Below are positions 59,221 through 64,000 of a DNA stretch of 64,000 bases, piece by piece. A program made the translations under genes and the position numbers. Within the stretch, counting starts at the first letter, position 1, and every line of letters starts with the position of its first letter. The notes beneath the pieces were generated by a model. That model was not told where the DNA came from. It searched no databases and saw nothing but the letters and a program-made list of their open reading frames with translations. The DNA comes from Mobula hypostoma (Eukaryota): contig NC_086097.1 of the NCBI RefSeq assembly GCF_963921235.1, forward strand, positions 5,642,001 through 5,706,000. Reading direction: 5' to 3'.

Positions 59221-60384
59221 CCCTAAAGGGTTTGGCTTTCCCGCCATACATAGTGGAATATTCCTTTTATTTAGTAATGAGGATTTGTAAATGTGTATAT
59301 GTTGTTTGTATACTGTATTTAAGGTCGATACTTCTGTCTATTTTATAATATGATTGTAACTACATTGTGGGATGCATCATATTCTGATTCGTGTGTAGTC
59401 TAAGTTAGCTTTGTAGGTAATTGAAGATGGTAACTCATGCTGAAATAAAAATGTTCTCAGTAGAGAGAGAGATTAAGCTTCAAGGAGTTCACACTGGACA
59501 TAGCATGTAGCTATAATTGTGTACTCTGGTAGATTTTATTTGTAAACATTGGTAGTTTTCTCTTTCCTAATTTCACTAATTTTTGTAAGTTTGATTCTTT
59601 ACACACTCAATAAGCACCATTGCAAAATCCACACACGTAACACTCTTTCTCTCCTCAGTCCCAAAGAAACAAAGCAGAAAGTACTTGTTAGATCCTAATT
59701 GGCAGATAGTGTTCAATCCAAAAATGACAAACTGTTTTATATATATATTATTCTCACTTTGAATCAGCCTGTTGCCTAATTCAGGGAACAGCGTCTTGAC
59801 CTGCCCACAAAGCTTTCTCCTGTCAAACAGCTTGAAAGTAAGCCACTGTGGCTGTGTAAAATAGCTTGGGTCATGAAGAAGATAAGGTAGATTAATTCAC
59901 CCACAACAGAGGCTGAGAGTATGTAATCTGACAGACACTGGAAAAATAGAGTGGAGTCACCAACAATAAGGAGAAATGATGATTGATTGGAGAAAGAGCA
60001 TTGTGCCAGAGATGACAGAACCCTTGGGAACTGGTGAGTTAATGGAAAAAGAGTCAGAATAGAAGCTATCAAATACAATACAGATTAAACCCGACTGCCT
60101 TGAATATCACTTAGATGGCAGACCATTTTGTGGTGATTTGATTTTTCAGCTTGCCAGAACCTGTCTAAAGTTAAGTGATATGTTTTTGCCATATATATAT
60201 ATATATATATATATAAATCATTGTCTGGCGATTATAAGGACTTGGGAGGATATTGGTGCAAGCTTTCACATTTTGCTGGCCTAGGTCTCTTGCAGTAAAA
60301 GAAACAGAGAGTAATTACGTTTGTCATCAACACTTGCAAGACAAACCTGAAATCAGGAGTTTACAGTGGAACAGTATGACAATG

Positions 60385-61320
60385 AAAATGACACTTTATA
60401 AAAGTGGATTCTTGTGGAGGGGTAGGTAATGCTGAGGAGACAATGCAATTGCAGCAGGACTTAGAATGGGCAAAAAACTGGCAGATGGAATACAGTTTTG
60501 AGAAATGTATGATAATGCACTTTGGTAAAAGGAACAATTGTGCGGACTATTATCTAAATAGGGAGAAAATACAGACATCAGATGTGCAGCGGGACCTAGG
60601 AGTCCTTGTGCAATACTCCCAGGAGGTTAATTTACAGGTTGAGTCTGTGGTAAAGAAGGCAAATGCATCGTTGGAAATTATTTCAAGGCGAATAGAATAT
60701 AAAAACAAGGAGATAATGCTAAGGCTTAATAAGACATTAGTCAGGTCGCACTTGGATTATTTTGTCAACAGTTTTGGGCCCCATATCTCAAAAAATATGG
60801 GGCCCAAAACTGTCATTGAAGAGAGTCTAGAGGAGGTTCGTGAGGATGATTCTGGGAATGAAGAGGTTACCATATGAGGAGTGTTTGACAGCTTTGGGCC
60901 TGTACTCACTGGAACTTAGAAGAATGCGGGAGGATCTCATTGAAACCTACCGAATGTTGAAAGGACTAGATAGGGTGGATGTGGAGAGGATGTTTCCTAT
61001 GGTAGGGGTATCCAGAACTAAAGGGCACAGTCTCAAAATTTAGGAGTGACCCTTTAGAACAGAGGTGAGGAGGAATTGTTTTCAGCCAGAGAATAGTGAA
61101 TCTGTGGAATGCTCTGCCACAGACTGTGGTGGAAGCCAAGTTCATGGGTGTACTTAAGGTGAAAGTGATAGTTTCCTGATCAGTCAGGGCATCAAAGGTT
61201 ATGGCAAGAAGGCAGGTGTATGGGGTTGAGTGGGATCCAGGATCAGCCGTGATGGAATGGCGGAGCAGGCTAGGTTGGCTGAATGCCCTAATTCTGCTCC
61301 TATGTCTTATGGTCTAATGT
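60385..61320 (+). mobile_element. CR1 3' portion
   Basis: EWAKNWQMEY..KCMIMHFG..RDLGVLV..LGLYSLELRRMREDLIETY. Confidence 0.9.
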
Positions 61321-62089
61321 TCTTATTATAAGTACTTGTATTATCGAAGTATGTATACTGTACCAGCTGGTGGTGTACTAGCATTGCACTGGAATTCAAA
61401 AGAATGCGTGGGAATCTTATTGAAACCTACCAAATATTGAAAGGACTAGGTAAGGTGGATGTGGAGAAGATGTTTCCCATGGTGGGGGTATCCAGAACTA
61501 AAGGACACAGCCTCAAATTTTAGGGGTGACCTTTTAGAACAGAAGTAAGGAGGAATTGTTTCCAGCCAGAATCCTGGGTTCGAATTCGGTCAGCTCCTTG
61601 TACGTTTTCCATCCGTGCCAGATTGAGTGGCGAGCGAGCAACTCGGCCTTGCAAAGCACAGGCAAACAGCAAAGAAATTGCAAGGTTGCTGCCCAATGCA
61701 CCACAAGGTGAGGAGAGGAACGACAACAACAATGATGTATACGACATACAACCTTGGGATTCCTCTTCTTGCAGGCAGCCACAGAATGAAAAAAACACAA
61801 CAGAACCCATTTTTTTAAAAACTTGCGCAACAAAGACCATGAAAGAAAGAACAAATCGTGCAAACAATGAAAGCATATAGAAGGTGATCCGCAGAATCCC
61901 CGAAAGCGAGGCACAGCCACGGAGCCAGCACAATGCTGAGCTGATGGCCGATGATTGTGAGCTACAGCAGCAGAAACAATTCCACGCTGAAGCTCCAGAG
62001 GTTAGTTACTCTTGAAGCGTAAAAAGATTTAATTTTATTTTAAATCAGTATTTTATTTACCCACGCATTGCTGGTGTTTATTTGCCTCC

Positions 62090-62410
62090 AGTATCGTGGG
62101 TGGAACAGCTGCATAGTAGTAAGCACAATTACTTTATAGTGTTTGCCATTGTTGATTGGGGTTCAGTTCACCCTGCTCTCTGTGAGGAGTTTGTACATTC
62201 TCCCCGTGACCGTGCGAGTTTCCTCTGGGTCCTCCCATTTTCCAAAGATGTAAAGATAGGGTTAGGCTGAGTAAATTGTGAGATTGCTATGTTGGCACTG
62301 GAAATGGTGACTCTTGCGGGCTGCCCCCAATATAAACGTCAGTGATTTGATTTGCTATAAATAATGCATTTCGCTGTATGTTTCAACGTACATGTAACAA
62401 ATGAAGATAA
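62090..62410 (+). mobile_element. HE1-like V-SINE
   Basis: GGAGTTTGTACATTCTCCCCGTGACCGTGCGAGTTTCCTCTGGG..CCAAAGATGTA; another copy at ~38815-39055. Confidence 0.7.
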
Positions 62411-62952
62411 ACTCCTTTTGGCATGGTATGCATTAATACAAAAAGCCTAACTCAGACTTTGTGCATTGGACTAGGGTTGGATAGCACAACGACAGAAAAT
62501 TAGAAATCATGAAATTCACATCTACTCTTTGAACATTTATTAGGCCCTAAGGTTTAATACTAATATTTTAGAATAGAAGAAGGGCTTCCTGCAAAAAATA
62601 TAGTTACTTATTTACAATGCACCTGCAAGTTAGTAATAACTTTAAGTAAGATAGATGTTGACCACACTTTTGTAAATTAATGTTAACTTGACACTATTTA
62701 CATGATTAGTTACAATGCCACTATGGCCACAGCTGCAAGAATAATATATTCACAATGATTGGCCATAAAGTGAAAGTTGAATCAGTTTTATCCCTCAAAG
62801 GTATAGATCTGAAATATAAATGTATCTGTATTAAGCATAACAGCAGTCTTTAATTTTCTAATTGTGTTGATACTATATGACCTGTCACAACTTTTCTTAC
62901 TCTGAATGACCTCAGCGGATGAACCTCCACACCTTTAATTCTTCCCGTAACA

Positions 62953-64000
62953 GAATAATAATAACTTATTTGTAGAGCACTTTTCATACTGATAATGTAG
63001 TTCAAAGTGATTCACTATCAGATAAAGTGCAAGCATGAAAGAATGTAAAAAATAAAAGTAAACATGAAAATAAAAGGCAAAAAGATGTCAGTTAAAAGCA
63101 AGATTATATAGATTTCTTTATAAAAAAAATAGGTTTTGAGCTGGTGTTTAGAACTTTCCACTGAGTCTGCATCCCTTCTAATTTTGAATTCCACAGTTTG
63201 GGAGGGCAGCTCAAAAAAGCTGACCTGCTAATTATCTTCTGAGGGAGAATTTTTAAACTTAAGGGACTGGTGGAAGAAGACTGGAGAGCTCGAGCAGCAT
63301 TTCTAAAACAAAGTCAATTTGTGATGTATTCAAAGTTCAAACTTCAAAGTAAATTTATCAAAGTACCGTATACAGCCCTGAGATTCACTTTCTTGTGGTC
63401 AGTCACAGTAAGTGTAAGAACCACAACAGAACCAATGAACGACCATACCCAACAGGATGTCAAAAACATTGCAAATACAGAAAGAAAGAGAAGTAATATT
63501 GATAATAATAAAAAAATTAATAAATATTGAGAACACGAGATGACGAGTTCTTGGTTGTGGGAGCAGTTCAGTAATGGGGAGAATGAAATTATCCCCTTTG
63601 CTCAAGAGCCTGATGGATGAGGGGTAATAACTGTTCCTGAGCCTGGTGGTGTGGGTCCTGAAGCTCCTGTACCTTCTCCTTGATGGCAGCAGTGATAAGA
63701 GAGCATGGCCTGTGTGCTGGGGATTCCTGATGATTGGATGCTCCTTTCCTGCATCAATTCTCCGTGTAGATGTGCTCAATGGTTGGGAGGGTTTTACCCA
63801 TGATGGACTAGGCCGTTTCCACCACTTTGTCTAGTGCTTTCCTTTTCCTTTCAAGGCCAGAGGTATTTCCACACCAGGCTGTGATGCAACCAGCAATATA
63901 CCCTTTATCTATAGAAGCTTATTGATGTTTTGGATGTCCTCCTAAGTCTTTGCAAACTTCTAAGAAAGTAGAGGAGCTGCTTTGATTTTTTCGTAATGGT
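62953..64000 (-). mobile_element. L2-like 3' end (to ~63330) followed by a Rex1/Babar 3' fragment
   Basis: TTATTTGTAGAGCACTTTT tail; HALLSLLPSRRRYRSFRTHTTRLRNSYYPSSIRLL. Confidence 0.75.

Overview
Eukaryotic genomic DNA that is almost entirely transposon-derived. It is very probably from a cartilaginous fish (ray or shark); this is inferred from HE1-type V-SINEs plus abundant CR1, Neptune-type Penelope and Rex1/Babar families. No host protein-coding gene, rRNA, true tRNA gene or CRISPR array is recognisable, and nearly all ORF-track entries are transposon fragments or chance ORFs. LTR content: two degenerate Gypsy pol fragments, an internally deleted LTR element with a PNMA-like gag, tRNA-Pro PBS and PPT, and three solo LTRs with 4-bp TSDs. 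Non-LTR content: a Rex6/R4-like element, many CR1 copies (one apparently full-length with esterase-type ORF1 and tandem 5' monomers), Rex1/Babar, L2 and RTE-derived non-autonomous elements, and tRNA-derived SINEs. DNA transposons: hAT (Charlie/Buster), Tigger-like and Tc1 relics. The most notable non-obvious signal is a dispersed family of about nine minimal type-I hammerhead ribozyme motifs in the 3' ends of Penelope-like elements and their short non-autonomous derivatives. All family assignments are by eye from motifs; none were confirmed by database search.
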